Shown here: positions 10,852 through 21,442 of the stretch, piece by piece | Numbering within the stretch: the stretch's first letter is position 1 | How the letters are laid out: each line of letters begins with the position of its first letter | Virus record (IMG/VR): IMGVR_UViG_3300050166_000025 | Location: 87,112 to 151,111 of that record | Reading direction: 5' to 3' (one strand) | DNA length: 64,000 nucleotides | Source of the DNA: a virus | Notes under the pieces: model-generated | Told to the model about the DNA's origin: nothing | Seen by the model: only the letters and a program-made list of their open reading frames with translations | The model's database searches: none | Made by a program: the position numbers and the translations under genes

Positions 10852-10854
10852 GTT

Positions 10855-12027
10855 TTATTTATAAACATTTCCTAGACCATTGATTCCGCCTCTCTGTAAA
10901 GCTTCTATAATTTTATCTCCGGGATTGGCTCCGTACACGTTTCCCAAAATAGCCTCTTCTATTCCTTTCTGGGTAATCTTAGTTGCTTCATCTAGTCCCC
11001 TAACTGCATTCATTATTACGTTTTCAGGGGTTGGAATTCTATCGTTGATGGCGCCGGTAACTGCTCCTAATATTTCTTGCTTTTTTGATTCAGAGAAATT
11101 TTTCAATGATGTTGAAGCCTGATCCGCTATTCCATTCAATCTTGACTGCAATCCAGATGCGGGTACTTCTACTTCAACAGTTGGAATATTTCTTTCAGTT
11201 ATTTTATCAGGTACTTGTGTAATGACACCGTTTAAATATACGCCATTTACCTCTTGCATTTTTTCATACTTTATTACGATTTCTTGCTTAGCATGTTCAG
11301 GCGAAGTTGCAGATAAATCAGATATGGCCATACTTCCAGAAGACATATCGAATTCACAAAAGTCGAGTCTAAATAGGATCTGTGGGATATTTTTAGCTGC
11401 TATGTCAACGTTTATATTTTCATCTTTTTCATAAGATTGATCATTAAAGTTGGGATTATTTACGTATGAGCCAATGTCAATATTTCTAATTTCGCTGACA
11501 TAAACATACATTGAAAACTTTCTAAGATTTGCAGGTATAATGTAAGACCATTTTTCTTCATCAAACACAGCTTTCTTATATAGAGACATTAATCCAGTGA
11601 TTGCTAGATTAATTGATTCTAAACATTCGATCGTTAATTTAGCTTCATCTCCTCCCCAATATGGTCTATTCGGATCATATTGCTGTAATCTATCTAAACC
11701 TTTTAAAGATTGCCAATACCATGGCATCTCTTTGTTAATTTTCATTAGCGCTGATTTAAAGTCTTTAAGATTCTGTAATCTAAGCGCATATTTTTCAGGA
11801 GCGCTAGCAGTATTCTTTAATTTTTCTAAAAATCTTTCTGCTGCGCCAGCTAGTAGTGGAGAAGAATCCCTGGAATCAGTCTGCATCTCGCTTTCAACGA
11901 ACATAAATCCAAACGTTAAATACGTAGGATCCTGATATGGCAATTTAATATTACCACCTAAAGAGCCTTTGGTATAAAGACCAGATTTTCTAAAATCGTT
12001 CCAACCTGCAGAATTATTTATTGCCAT
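10855..12027 (-). CDS. tail-tube-fold baseplate protein (gp54-like, tentative)
   Basis: position between hub and spike genes; late-type motif upstream. Confidence 0.4.
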   Translation of the reverse strand: MAINNSAGWNDFRKSGLYTKGSLGGNIKLPYQDPTYLTFGFMFVESEMQTDSRDSSPLLAGAAERFLEKLKNTASAPEKYALRLQNLKDFKSALMKINKEMPWYWQSLKGLDRLQQYDPNRPYWGGDEAKLTIECLESINLAITGLMSLYKKAVFDEEKWSYIIPANLRKFSMYVYVSEIRNIDIGSYVNNPNFNDQSYEKDENINVDIAAKNIPQILFRLDFCEFDMSSGSMAISDLSATSPEHAKQEIVIKYEKMQEVNGVYLNGVITQVPDKITERNIPTVEVEVPASGLQSRLNGIADQASTSLKNFSESKKQEILGAVTGAINDRIPTPENVIMNAVRGLDEATKITQKGIEEAILGNVYGANPGDKIIEALQRGGINGLGNVYK

Positions 12028-12047
12028 ACTGTATATATTAACTTAAA

Positions 12048-13625
12048 TTATCTGGTCTTGTTTATGACCGCCGTTGTTTTTTTAGGCGAAGTCGAAGATT
12101 CCATAGTCTCAAGCTTAACATTATTAATTCTAGTTGGCCATTCTCTTCTAAGAAGAACCAGCTTCTGATATAATATTGAATTTGTGTTATAATGATAAGA
12201 TATTTCATCTATTACATAGTAACCAGATAAAAAATCATCTATTGTTTGTATGTTTTCTGGGTCTGATACGTCTTCTCCGTATTCTTTTCCTACAGTGTCA
12301 AAACCTTTCTCCTCTTTGAATTTTTTTGCAAATTTATTCATTGTATTTGCAGTGTACTCATGGTGAAACATAATCACCGGGATTTTCATGTATCTATATA
12401 AACCAGGATTAACGGTCTCTAACGTAATTTCCAATTTCATTTTATCAACCTCCTCTCGGTTAATTCTATTATGAACAGACGAATAAAAATAGTTAGGATG
12501 TAAATTTCCATGAACAGGATGTGAATCTATTCGGCCAACGTATTTTTGTTTAACTTCGTTTTCAAAACGGGATTCATCTCTTCTACCACGTAAAGGTTCT
12601 TCTATGTCTTTCATTTTATCGGAAGTCAATGCCTTTAAATCAAATGAAACTAGATTTTCACGAGAATTATTTTCAAAATATTGCAATTTTCTAATATATC
12701 CATTAGAGATGCTGATTGCGTTTGCGTTATTAATTATTCTATGTGAGGTTACATATTGTGAACTTCCGGCTAGATTGGTGTGGTTAGTTAAAAGCAATTT
12801 AGATTTAATTTTGTTAATTTCATTTCCATTTTCAGGATTCATATTAAAATCTGTCCCAAATACATGAATCAGAGTCTCTTCCATTTCGTTTGGTGCATTA
12901 AACACCTGATTTAGATTAACAAAGTTTAAATAATAATAAGGGTCTATAGAACCTACCTGGAATGATTTATCATCAACGTATGAATGAGAAACCGTATCTT
13001 GTATAAAATTAAGATTAGACATATACGGATTAAACCTTACCATTTTGTCGTCGCACGATTCCAAGTTACTTGCAAAACCTAATTCTAATTTAGTTGCAAC
13101 CATTCTAAGATGCTCGAACGAATTATCAAGTCCATAACTGGAACACTCTTCCGCCATCAGCATTGGTATTTTCATGATGCCTGACACATTATATGTTGAT
13201 CTTGCTGCTGGATTGTAATTTGAACCAGCTGTTCCCCTAATCGAGGTAATATCGAAATCAGCTCTAATATCTTTAAATGTATCTTCTTGTCTAGCACTAA
13301 TTCTCATATTGACCGCATCTCCATCTCTAGGAAGTGAATCAATATTAAAAAAGTTTTTAGAATCTATAAAAGAAAAAGATATGCTTGGTATGAATCCTGC
13401 ACAGTTTAATGTAAACGAAACTATGTCGGTATCTGGGATATTAAAATTATTGATTCTAACATGAGGAGCCCAACTACCATTTTCTCTAGATATCTTAGGT
13501 CCCCCATTAGTCTCATCTAGATCCTGAAATTGCATAAGATCTAGTTTAATTTTAGGTTCAGTGATAGCAAATACATGTCTATCTAATGAAACCTTAGAAT
13601 TTGATTGAATGATTTCTTCAGCCAT
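12048..13625 (-). CDS. baseplate hub, gp27-like
   Basis: 'IDPYYYLNFVN'; C-terminal 'DDFLSGYYVIDEISYHY...QKLVL.RREWP' hub pattern. Confidence 0.65.
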   Translation of the reverse strand: MAEEIIQSNSKVSLDRHVFAITEPKIKLDLMQFQDLDETNGGPKISRENGSWAPHVRINNFNIPDTDIVSFTLNCAGFIPSISFSFIDSKNFFNIDSLPRDGDAVNMRISARQEDTFKDIRADFDITSIRGTAGSNYNPAARSTYNVSGIMKIPMLMAEECSSYGLDNSFEHLRMVATKLELGFASNLESCDDKMVRFNPYMSNLNFIQDTVSHSYVDDKSFQVGSIDPYYYLNFVNLNQVFNAPNEMEETLIHVFGTDFNMNPENGNEINKIKSKLLLTNHTNLAGSSQYVTSHRIINNANAISISNGYIRKLQYFENNSRENLVSFDLKALTSDKMKDIEEPLRGRRDESRFENEVKQKYVGRIDSHPVHGNLHPNYFYSSVHNRINREEVDKMKLEITLETVNPGLYRYMKIPVIMFHHEYTANTMNKFAKKFKEEKGFDTVGKEYGEDVSDPENIQTIDDFLSGYYVIDEISYHYNTNSILYQKLVLLRREWPTRINNVKLETMESSTSPKKTTAVINKTR

Positions 13626-13627
13626 GC

Positions 13628-14137
13628 TTATTTTTGACTAGGTCCGTTAATAGTAAGAATTCCGTTTTTGATAACCACGTTTGTTTTTCCAGTCTTTAAG
13701 ACATTAGGTGGCAGCATTTCAGAAGCTCCATTTTCATATCCAGCTGCTTTTCTTTGCAAATATTCTATTCTCTTTTGATCCTGGACCGTTAATCTTTTTG
13801 TACTTAAGAATTTATTTCTAATTATATTACCATCTTCTGTTTTAGAAGCTGGCTTATTTTTCCAGGTTTGTAAAATTGCATCATGATAAGGAATCATTAG
13901 AACATCACCCTCTTCAATCGAGAAAGGATTAGAAATTCCATTGTATTTTAATATGTAATCAGCTTTCGAGGCGGTACCGTATAACTGCAGAGCTATCAGG
14001 TCAATTCTGCCAGCATATTCAGAATCTACCGTAAAGGTTCCTATTATGCTAGTTGAATTTGCAAATAGAACAGTAGGTTCAGTCATTATAACCTTTCCGT
14101 TTTCTATTCTTTTATTATTAAGTGTAGTTAAGTCCAT
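13628..14137 (-). CDS. LysM-domain baseplate protein, gp53-like
   Basis: 'GRIDLIALQLYG....DYILKYNGISNPFSIEEGDVLMIP'. Confidence 0.8.
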   Translation of the reverse strand: MDLTTLNNKRIENGKVIMTEPTVLFANSTSIIGTFTVDSEYAGRIDLIALQLYGTASKADYILKYNGISNPFSIEEGDVLMIPYHDAILQTWKNKPASKTEDGNIIRNKFLSTKRLTVQDQKRIEYLQRKAAGYENGASEMLPPNVLKTGKTNVVIKNGILTINGPSQK

Positions 14138-16071
14138 TATCCGTTAGTGAATTTTCTCATTTCTTCTTGCATGAAAGTTGTCATGTTTAAATGACCAGTT
14201 TCTCCAGTGCTAGAGTATCTAGCTTTTCCGTATGCATCTATGTTTTTCTCATTGTCTAGATCTTTTCCAGAATAAGGTTTAATGTAAAATCTACCCCTAC
14301 CAGCGTTAAACATGGTTTCAATTTCAGCCTTATCTCTTGGCCTAGCTGGCTTCAGAGTAATTTTTAATTCTAATTCTTCAGGAAAATCTTGAATTCCAAG
14401 CGGACCTTTTAAATTTAATTCAGTTTTGGTACACGCTAAGTTTCCTATCACTGCCATAGGATTTAATGGATTTCCAACCGTAACATGCCATTGTCCAGTA
14501 GAATCACCTGTTAAGAGTGCGTTGGCAACTTGTCCGCCTTGTGGAGTATTAAATAACTTAAGTAATGAACCTCCTAATAGATTATTAACTAAATTGCTAC
14601 CTGCAATTCCTTTAGAGCTAATGTCTCCGATCAAATTTTTAGCTAATCCTGCAATATCTCCAATAACGCTACCTAAGAAGTCTTTGTATCTGCCTTCTCT
14701 AATTAAATCCGCGTTTCCAAGAGGTCTACCAATAGTTCCCTGTCCACCGCCAATGTATCTAACAGCTCCTCCCCAAAATGGAGCGGTAGAATAAGTTAGT
14801 GCCAGCAATTGACCCATTAAATCTAGAAACATTAATTTTGGATTGGCTCCATCTAGAGAACGCATCTCATAATTAAACGTCAACGTAAATTCATGGTTAA
14901 AATCCATTCCTCCTTCACGCTGTAACATGTTTCTTATCGAATTATAAGGGCCAAATACGTGATTAGGATACGTTGATTTGATAGGATCAAATGAAGAATC
15001 TCTAGTTGCCATTGCAATATTTTGGTTAGCTCCAATTCCATTGGCAGCTGCAAAAATAGCCTGTGCTGTTGAATTTCCATCTATAAAACTACCGATCTTA
15101 CCTCTTCTTTCTGCATTTTGATTTTGTAATTCCTGGACTTCCGCCTTAACATCTTCCCATCTATATCCAAAATCAAAATTTAATATTTCTTCTATTTTAT
15201 TGTTTGTCTCATCTGACATCCATGTAATAGCTCTTGCAATATCTGGTGTGGGCTTGATGAATTTCTTTCCAGCTTTACCTATTGAAAACGGAGTGATGAT
15301 ATCGTCCTCGATAGGAAATGCAAATCTTCTAAGTGTGACCATTCTATTATTTGGAATTCTGCCTAAGTATTTGCATAACGCAAAATCAGAATATGCGTAT
15401 CTATATCCAAGACCTCCACTTTCTGCAGTTCGCTCTATGATAGTTGCTACTGTTGGATTTTTTAAAACGTCAGGGTTGAAGTCAAGATTGTTATATTCTC
15501 CATACTTAACACCCTTCGGAGTTCCTTGTAGTGGAGTTCCTCTATAATTAAATAGAGTATACATGTTAAAGGCAGAATGAACCATTTTACCCTCGTGGAT
15601 ATCTCTTTGTTTTGTTGCGATTGCGGGGCCTGTTGGTTTAATACCCCTTTCCCTAGCAACATCTGATGTAGTTTGATCCGCAATTTTGTAAACTTCGGAT
15701 TGAGCTATTCTATCGTAATATGTTTTCTTTTCGGGTGAACTTATTGCAGCTAAATTATCTTTGGTCAAATTCAGGCTTTCAGAAGTATTAGCAGAACCAA
15801 TTACACCATTATTAGTTGGCGCCATCGCAACCATTGAAGTGCTAGAAGTTAATTGATCTGCCTCTAATGCAGGTGCTGAATTTACAAGTTGTTCTGCCTC
15901 ATATACTGAAACGGGATCCTCACTTGGTAAATATTTAGAGGAATCTGTTTTGATAGAAATTGTTGAGCCTTCCGCCGCAGCGTTCTTACCAACAGTAGTC
16001 GCCTTACCAGAAGAAATAACTCCCTTTGGCTTAACTACCGGTTTAACTTTAGGTTTGTGATTTTTACCCAT
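14137..16071 (-). CDS. baseplate/tail tube initiator, gp48-like (tentative)
   Basis: 644 aa; tube-fold-like 'FTLTFNYEMRS' and 'ELKITLKPARPRD'; adjacent to gp53-like gene. Confidence 0.5.
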   Translation of the reverse strand: MGKNHKPKVKPVVKPKGVISSGKATTVGKNAAAEGSTISIKTDSSKYLPSEDPVSVYEAEQLVNSAPALEADQLTSSTSMVAMAPTNNGVIGSANTSESLNLTKDNLAAISSPEKKTYYDRIAQSEVYKIADQTTSDVARERGIKPTGPAIATKQRDIHEGKMVHSAFNMYTLFNYRGTPLQGTPKGVKYGEYNNLDFNPDVLKNPTVATIIERTAESGGLGYRYAYSDFALCKYLGRIPNNRMVTLRRFAFPIEDDIITPFSIGKAGKKFIKPTPDIARAITWMSDETNNKIEEILNFDFGYRWEDVKAEVQELQNQNAERRGKIGSFIDGNSTAQAIFAAANGIGANQNIAMATRDSSFDPIKSTYPNHVFGPYNSIRNMLQREGGMDFNHEFTLTFNYEMRSLDGANPKLMFLDLMGQLLALTYSTAPFWGGAVRYIGGGQGTIGRPLGNADLIREGRYKDFLGSVIGDIAGLAKNLIGDISSKGIAGSNLVNNLLGGSLLKLFNTPQGGQVANALLTGDSTGQWHVTVGNPLNPMAVIGNLACTKTELNLKGPLGIQDFPEELELKITLKPARPRDKAEIETMFNAGRGRFYIKPYSGKDLDNEKNIDAYGKARYSSTGETGHLNMTTFMQEEMRKFTNG

Positions 16072-16124
16072 CAAATATAATTATGTTTAAGCAGAATGAT
16101 TCTATCTAAACATATATATCAATG

Positions 16125-16718
16125 TTAAATACTTTCTATATTGTCTAGCTCGTTTGAATCGGGTCTAAACAATAATTTATCAAAGTATCCTTTTTCGTTA
16201 GGCACTCTATCACCTAAGAATTTTTTAAGAGAGGCTTCAAAATCTCCTTTCACGTGGTAGTAATACTGCCCTTTTGAATAGAAGTTTCGGTTTGTAATCT
16301 CATATAGTTCTTTCATTGTCTTTTCGGCAAAGAAATCCTGTAATGAGTTAAATAAGGTTTGTAATTCAACTTTAGTTTTAGTGCAATATACGGAGTCGAC
16401 TACAATCAAGTAACTTTCCCACTTCTCGGCAAAATGACGTTCAATCTCCTCGATGTTAGTATATTTTAAGCGCTTAAGATTAATCTTTACTTGCCTATCA
16501 TTAAAGTCTCCTTTAAACGTTAGACCAAAAAAGTATCTTTTTAAGAAGGCCGCGTCATCATAGAAATTTTGAATCTTTACCTGATACTGCGGCATTACAG
16601 TATCAAACTTTACATCGTAGATAATGCAACGCACTGGAAACAGGATATTAGGATGCCTAAAATTAGACAGTAAAGCGTAAACCGTTTCTCCTTTAGTAAA
16701 TAGTTGATGACGAACCAT
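16125..16718 (-). CDS. hypothetical protein
   Basis: 197 aa ORF in tight operon. Confidence 0.7.
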   Translation of the reverse strand: MVRHQLFTKGETVYALLSNFRHPNILFPVRCIIYDVKFDTVMPQYQVKIQNFYDDAAFLKRYFFGLTFKGDFNDRQVKINLKRLKYTNIEEIERHFAEKWESYLIVVDSVYCTKTKVELQTLFNSLQDFFAEKTMKELYEITNRNFYSKGQYYYHVKGDFEASLKKFLGDRVPNEKGYFDKLLFRPDSNELDNIESI

Positions 16719-17143
16719 TAAATATCGATGAATCTAACGTTGCTGAATGATGTTAATACTTTTCGTTTAGGAAGATCTTCCCTGTTTAAGACAATAAGAT
16801 TAAATCCATACTCTGCTCCATGAGAAGCCGTAATGAATTTTTGAATAGCAGTAATGGTCTCTTGATCCAGGTTCTTTAAAAGATATAAGATCTTCATCTC
16901 CGTTACATCCTCTTCATTCTCGTGAAGTTCCTTGAATTTGTTTAATGAGTTATTAAAGGATTTCATAATGTGAAGACCTATCACCGAATCGCCAGGTTCC
17001 TCACCTCTGACATCTGACTTGGATAACTTAGTCATAATGGCATAATAATCGATCACGTACGAGTATTCTCCAGTCGTAGACTTATTGAACTTAACAAAGT
17101 CCTTTCTATTTAAACACCATACGCAATCGATTATTAATTCCAT
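16718..17143 (-). CDS. hypothetical protein
   Basis: 141 aa ORF, 1-nt overlaps with both neighbours. Confidence 0.7.
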   Translation of the reverse strand: MELIIDCVWCLNRKDFVKFNKSTTGEYSYVIDYYAIMTKLSKSDVRGEEPGDSVIGLHIMKSFNNSLNKFKELHENEEDVTEMKILYLLKNLDQETITAIQKFITASHGAEYGFNLIVLNREDLPKRKVLTSFSNVRFIDI

Positions 17144-17466
17144 TAATTAGTTAACATTGCTTCAAGTCTAGCTGCAGCCAATTTATGTTCTGCGATCTTG
17201 ACCTGTATTTCTTCATTGGTTGGGGCATAAGCTGTGCCCCAATCCTGAATAATTTTAATCTGTATTTTATCTTTAGGATTCCCTAACTCTAAGCCTGCAT
17301 CCATTGCAAGGTCTGTTAAAAACTTAATTTTTGTCTCGATTGCTTCTTTCGATTCAAAATCATAAACAACCGTTGCCTCATAACGCTCTCCAGCCGCATT
17401 GATGTTATCGTCAATGACACTCTTAATTACTCCGTTATCAGCTAGTGCTAGGGTTATAGTTTGCAT
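17143..17466 (-). CDS. hypothetical protein
   Basis: 107 aa ORF in operon. Confidence 0.7.
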   Translation of the reverse strand: MQTITLALADNGVIKSVIDDNINAAGERYEATVVYDFESKEAIETKIKFLTDLAMDAGLELGNPKDKIQIKIIQDWGTAYAPTNEEIQVKIAEHKLAAARLEAMLTN

Positions 17467-17472
17467 ATAATG

Positions 17473-17853
17473 CTATTTAGACGCTAAAGATTGATTTGCT
17501 TCTTTTAATAATTTTTTTGCTAATTTGCGATCCTCTGTTAAAGTCTCTCTGTTCTTGATAGCAGTTAAAGTAAAAGCCTCCTCTAATTTTGAGATTGCTT
17601 CAGTGTTGTAACCAACTTGAGCCCATGTTTCTTTGCATGAATTTAAGATTGTTTGCACTTGATTCTCAACAGAGTCTTGTGTATCTTGAACCTGCTTAGC
17701 GTGAGATGTTCTACCCTCTTCAGCATTCTTTGCGTACCAGTTGGTTCTAACTTCCCCAAACATTGGGTAGTTGTTCTTAATCTTTAAGAAGCCCGCTTGC
17801 TTGTACATTCCTCTTTTGTTTCTTCTGTTTCCAGATAACTTTTTTCTACTCAT
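17473..17853 (-). CDS. hypothetical protein with basic N-terminus
   Basis: 126 aa ORF in operon. Confidence 0.7.
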   Translation of the reverse strand: MSRKKLSGNRRNKRGMYKQAGFLKIKNNYPMFGEVRTNWYAKNAEEGRTSHAKQVQDTQDSVENQVQTILNSCKETWAQVGYNTEAISKLEEAFTLTAIKNRETLTEDRKLAKKLLKEANQSLASK

Positions 17854-18439
17854 TATAGTATTTGTTTAGGTGTGAATTTACTTCTTCAGTTATAAAATCT
17901 TGTAACTTATCTATTGTTATTTGCGCGACAGCCATTTTCGTAATTGATTCTAAGATCTCATCTCTGCTCTCATCTGAATTTTCAATTAGCATCTCTACGA
18001 CTTCTCTTTTAGGAATATTAATACCTAACTTTACATTGATAGATTCCACATTCTTTTGAGAAAGCTTTAAGATTAGTTTTTCAAGTGGAGTCTCGTTGAC
18101 TGCTTTAGTCTCTTGGGGTGTGGAAGCAACATGATCAACTGGGATTCTAACAATTGTAGGAGTTTCATTTGCAACCGGAAGAGGCAGTTCTGCACCCTGA
18201 ACAGGCATTAAAAATTCTCTATGAATAGATTTGTAGATCTGGGATCCATTTGTGAAATAATAGAATTCAGTATCTTCAGTAGAAACTTCTACCACGTCAC
18301 CAAAGTTATCGCCTTTGATCCATTGGAATCTTTTTACCTCGTTAGCTTCATCTTGTGTTGCCATTGTCAATTCTTCTTGTTTCATATTCTTTTTACGCTT
18401 TAGGGGATTCATTGACCTGATTTGATTCCAAATTCCCAT
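17846..18439 (-). CDS. hypothetical protein
   Basis: 197 aa ORF; true start may be the downstream MKQEE. Confidence 0.65.
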   Translation of the reverse strand: MGIWNQIRSMNPLKRKKNMKQEELTMATQDEANEVKRFQWIKGDNFGDVVEVSTEDTEFYYFTNGSQIYKSIHREFLMPVQGAELPLPVANETPTIVRIPVDHVASTPQETKAVNETPLEKLILKLSQKNVESINVKLGINIPKREVVEMLIENSDESRDEILESITKMAVAQITIDKLQDFITEEVNSHLNKYYNE

Positions 18440-18602
18440 TGTTATAATTATTTATGAAGTGTTCTATGTAATCTATTGCGTCTGCATTACCTCTGAGTGA
18501 ATCGCTCTTTTTCAGGCTTTCATAAAACCAGGGTCTACCTTTTTCTTTAATCAGCTCTTCAATCTCGTTGACTGATGTGACGTATCTTACATTAAATCCC
18601 AT
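18393..18602 (-). CDS. hypothetical protein
   Basis: 69 aa ORF filling the gap after dCMP deaminase. Confidence 0.55.
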   Translation of the reverse strand: MGFNVRYVTSVNEIEELIKEKGRPWFYESLKKSDSLRGNADAIDYIEHFINNYNNGNLESNQVNESPKA

Positions 18603-18613
18603 TTATATCGTAT

Positions 18614-19066
18614 TTAGTCGTTATTCCAAACAATTACTTGATTCACTTCAATGCCAGCTCTTTTTAACAGATCAACGCCAGACATATCTCTATAGTCTTC
18701 ACAGTAGAAGACTTCTTTTACGCCGGCCTGAATAATCAATTTAGCGCACTCAAAACATGGCAGCGTTGTAGTGTATAGAATAGAATCTTTACACGTCATT
18801 GTTGACTTTGCAAGTTTCATCAGCGCGTTTGATTCAGCATGTAATACTTCTCGCTTAGTGTGACAACCGCATGAGTCAGAGTGTTCATCCTTGTCCCATA
18901 CCTCACACTCATTTTCAAAACCATGTGGTGTTCCATTATAACCGAAAGAAATAATCTGTTCGTCTTTAACAATCACACAGCCTACCTTTCTGCGTTCGGC
19001 ATAACTAAGCTTTGCAACCTGGTATGCTATTTGCATGTAAATAATTTGTATAGGAATTCTGGGCAT
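18614..19066 (-). CDS. dCMP deaminase
   Basis: VGCVIV, GYNGTP, HAESNA, PCFEC zinc motifs. Confidence 0.92.
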   Translation of the reverse strand: MPRIPIQIIYMQIAYQVAKLSYAERRKVGCVIVKDEQIISFGYNGTPHGFENECEVWDKDEHSDSCGCHTKREVLHAESNALMKLAKSTMTCKDSILYTTTLPCFECAKLIIQAGVKEVFYCEDYRDMSGVDLLKRAGIEVNQVIVWNND

Positions 19067-19084
19067 ATAACTTAATTTAGTTAT

Positions 19085-19111
19085 TTATACAGATTATTAT
19101 GGGATAGTTTC
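19085..19111 (-). promoter_or_regulatory. class II promoter GAAAC-N16-GTATAA (phage or ECF sigma-like)
   Basis: same -35/-10 pattern recurs at 26280-26306, 58029-58055, 62111-62137 and 62705-62732. Confidence 0.6.
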
Positions 19112-19115
19112 TAAA

Positions 19116-19143
19116 ATAAAAAAGGGACCCATTGGGTCCCTTA
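19116..19143 (-). terminator. intrinsic terminator
   Basis: AAGGGACCC-att-GGGTCCCTT hairpin with T-run on minus strand. Confidence 0.8.
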
Positions 19144-19165
19144 GTGTATTAAGTGGTTAAATTTA

Positions 19166-19636
19166 TTAAGCCTTAGCTGAAGGTTCTAGATCTTCAGGAG
19201 CTTGTGGAGCCATGTTAGAATCCTTTGCTTCATCTATTTTCTTACAGAATGATTCTTTCATCGAGTTGCAAGCAGCTTCATACGCTTCTAACGCATACTC
19301 TTCTTTCATTTCTTTTAGAGTGTTAGCGCAATAGTTACCCATTAAAGAGGCAGCTTCGCACATATAAGATTCGATTGTATGCTCATCGTGCGCATCCTCT
19401 TCCCAAACCTTAGCCTCAGCCATCATCATCTCACAACATTCTTTTAATAGGTCAGATGCTGACTTCTTCTCTTCTTCTTTCGGCTCTTCTTTGATAGAGT
19501 CTGTTGGATTTTCAGCAGCCTCTTCTTTTTCCTCTTCGGGTTTAACTTCAGATTGTTGTTGAACCTTTGGTTCGTCTTCGTTTAATGCTGCCGCATTTTC
19601 TAAAACAAATTCGTTAAATGATTTTAATGTCTTCAT
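19166..19636 (-). CDS. acidic putative internal head/scaffold protein
   Basis: N-terminal MKTLKSFNEFVLE resembles T4 capsid targeting sequence MKTYQEFIAE; Glu-rich. Confidence 0.55.
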   Translation of the reverse strand: MKTLKSFNEFVLENAAALNEDEPKVQQQSEVKPEEEKEEAAENPTDSIKEEPKEEEKKSASDLLKECCEMMMAEAKVWEEDAHDEHTIESYMCEAASLMGNYCANTLKEMKEEYALEAYEAACNSMKESFCKKIDEAKDSNMAPQAPEDLEPSAKA

Positions 19637-19640
19637 CGTA

Positions 19641-20189
19641 TTAAAACTTTCCTGCTAATTTATCGTCAATTTTAAATGCTACATAATCAACAGCTTCTTC
19701 ATACTCAAAACCATCATCTGTTAGGTCAGCAATAACGCCAGAAATACCATCTAACATTTTCTTAAGATTTGACTGTGAAACAACACCTTCCATTCTTTTG
19801 ATGGTTGCTTTATCCATTCCTTCGCTTACTTCTACAGCTTCTTCTCCTTCAACAACAACCTTAGCGATAACTTCTCCGTTAGCTGTTTTAGCTAAGTCTG
19901 CTTCTAATTCTTTAGAACCATCTTCAGCTCTGTCTTCGGCTTTAGCATATTTTTTTCCATCAGCATCAACTACCGGAGGAGTAACGTCCTTTGAATCATC
20001 TTTTAATTCATCAGCTTGAATGCCTGTTACGTCAGCAGCTTCATTAGTTTCTTGACCCTGAGATTGAACTACATCTGCTTCTTCAGCATCATGTTCTTCT
20101 GGAGTTCCTTGATCTACAATGTCTTTTTCAATTTCTTCAGCTCTATCCATTTCTGTTACGAACTGCTCAAATGATTTTAAATTTGCCAT
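19641..20189 (-). CDS. acidic putative internal head/scaffold protein
   Basis: N-terminal MANLKSFEQFVTE; late motif at 20222-20229. Confidence 0.55.
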   Translation of the reverse strand: MANLKSFEQFVTEMDRAEEIEKDIVDQGTPEEHDAEEADVVQSQGQETNEAADVTGIQADELKDDSKDVTPPVVDADGKKYAKAEDRAEDGSKELEADLAKTANGEVIAKVVVEGEEAVEVSEGMDKATIKRMEGVVSQSNLKKMLDGISGVIADLTDDGFEYEEAVDYVAFKIDDKLAGKF

Positions 20190-20233
20190 AATTATTTATT
20201 ATTTTAATATGTTAGTAATTCTATATATCTAAT

Positions 20234-20632
20234 TTATTTGGATTTAGATTTTAAAATAAAAGATTCAAACGTCATTACAAATCTCTCGTTAGTCTCTTCT
20301 TTTTTAATCTGGTCCATAGTTTTCATAGCCCAATCAACTCCTTCATCTCCACCCCAAATTAACCAGGCCACATAGCCTCTGTCTTTCCATGGAGTGTCTT
20401 TAAATTTAGGATCGATTGTTGAATTTTTTCTGTGTCTGTTAAATTGCGCCATTCTTGACACAACATCATAGGATAAGGCTTCTCCCTTTGCAAGTTGATT
20501 TGCTCGTTGCCAGCCTACTGGTGTTCCTGCGTCTACCTCTTCTCTGCCATATTTGTCTCTCCATTCAAGAGCCTTCTTAGCATTTTCGGTTGCCGCTTTA
20601 GGATAATCTGAAAATTTATCTGATTTATTCAT
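20234..20632 (-). CDS. conserved phage head-associated protein
   Basis: 'GTPVGWQRANQLAKGE.LS...RM..F.RH...GYVAWLIWGGD.G..WA' domain recalled from phage head proteins; C-terminal MTFESF tag. Confidence 0.55.
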   Translation of the reverse strand: MNKSDKFSDYPKAATENAKKALEWRDKYGREEVDAGTPVGWQRANQLAKGEALSYDVVSRMAQFNRHRKNSTIDPKFKDTPWKDRGYVAWLIWGGDEGVDWAMKTMDQIKKEETNERFVMTFESFILKSKSK

Positions 20633-20635
20633 AGC

Positions 20636-21370
20636 TTATATATTCAATAAAAAATCGATAGCGTTTGATAGCAGACCTCTCTCCTCAGTCGTCTTTTCAA
20701 TGTGAGGACTCATCGCAATGATATTACCTTTGCCGTACGATGAAAAAACACCGGCTATCTTGCCAATAGAATAATTTTCGCCTGGTAATTGCATAGGAAC
20801 ACCCTCTTTAAATTTTAATATGACGTTTATATTCTTATCTAATGATTCTCCTATTGGACCGCCATGATAATCTAATGTAACGCTATTCCTTGAAGTAGAA
20901 AAAATATCTTTTCCCGTCGGCGTTATTTCAAATTCTACTAAAACTTTGTCATCAGTCACTCTGTGCATTGGCATATATGCAGGTTCTGGCAGATTTGCGT
21001 TAGAACTTTTAACGTTAATCATTTTTAAGGACCAGTCATGTCCATAAGATATTAAGTGAAAGCCTGCGCAAACTGCTAATAGTTTGCCACCAGATTTAAC
21101 CCATTCCTTTAACTCTATCGTGCTCTGTTCTTTCATACCGAGTCTTTCCTGAAATGAATCTCCGCCCGGGATAATTAATAGGTCAAGTTTCTCAAAGTTT
21201 TTAAGTTCAAAAGAATCTGAATCTAATTTTACAGGTTCAACCCCTAAATATGTTTCAAAGAAATCATCCCACGCCGAAATAGTAGAGTCTACTACACCGT
21301 TATCATGGTATAAGCCTATTTTCAATTTTGAGTTGGCATTGAATTCCTCGAAAAGTTTAATCTTTTTCAT
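20636..21370 (-). CDS. class I glutamine-amidotransferase-like (BPL_N-type) hydrolase
   Basis: IIPGG, VCAG nucleophile elbow, SPHIE His-x-Glu; N-terminal MKKIKLFEEF tag. Confidence 0.8.
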   Translation of the reverse strand: MKKIKLFEEFNANSKLKIGLYHDNGVVDSTISAWDDFFETYLGVEPVKLDSDSFELKNFEKLDLLIIPGGDSFQERLGMKEQSTIELKEWVKSGGKLLAVCAGFHLISYGHDWSLKMINVKSSNANLPEPAYMPMHRVTDDKVLVEFEITPTGKDIFSTSRNSVTLDYHGGPIGESLDKNINVILKFKEGVPMQLPGENYSIGKIAGVFSSYGKGNIIAMSPHIEKTTEERGLLSNAIDFLLNI

Positions 21371-21384
21371 TACTTTATATATTG

Positions 21385-21416
21385 AAAAAAGAAAAGGACC
21401 TTAAAAAGGTCCTCTC
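21385..21416 (-). terminator. intrinsic terminator
   Basis: AGGACCT-taaaa-AGGTCCT hairpin with T-run on minus strand. Confidence 0.7.
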
Positions 21417-21442
21417 TATATCAATCAAACAAACAATTATCT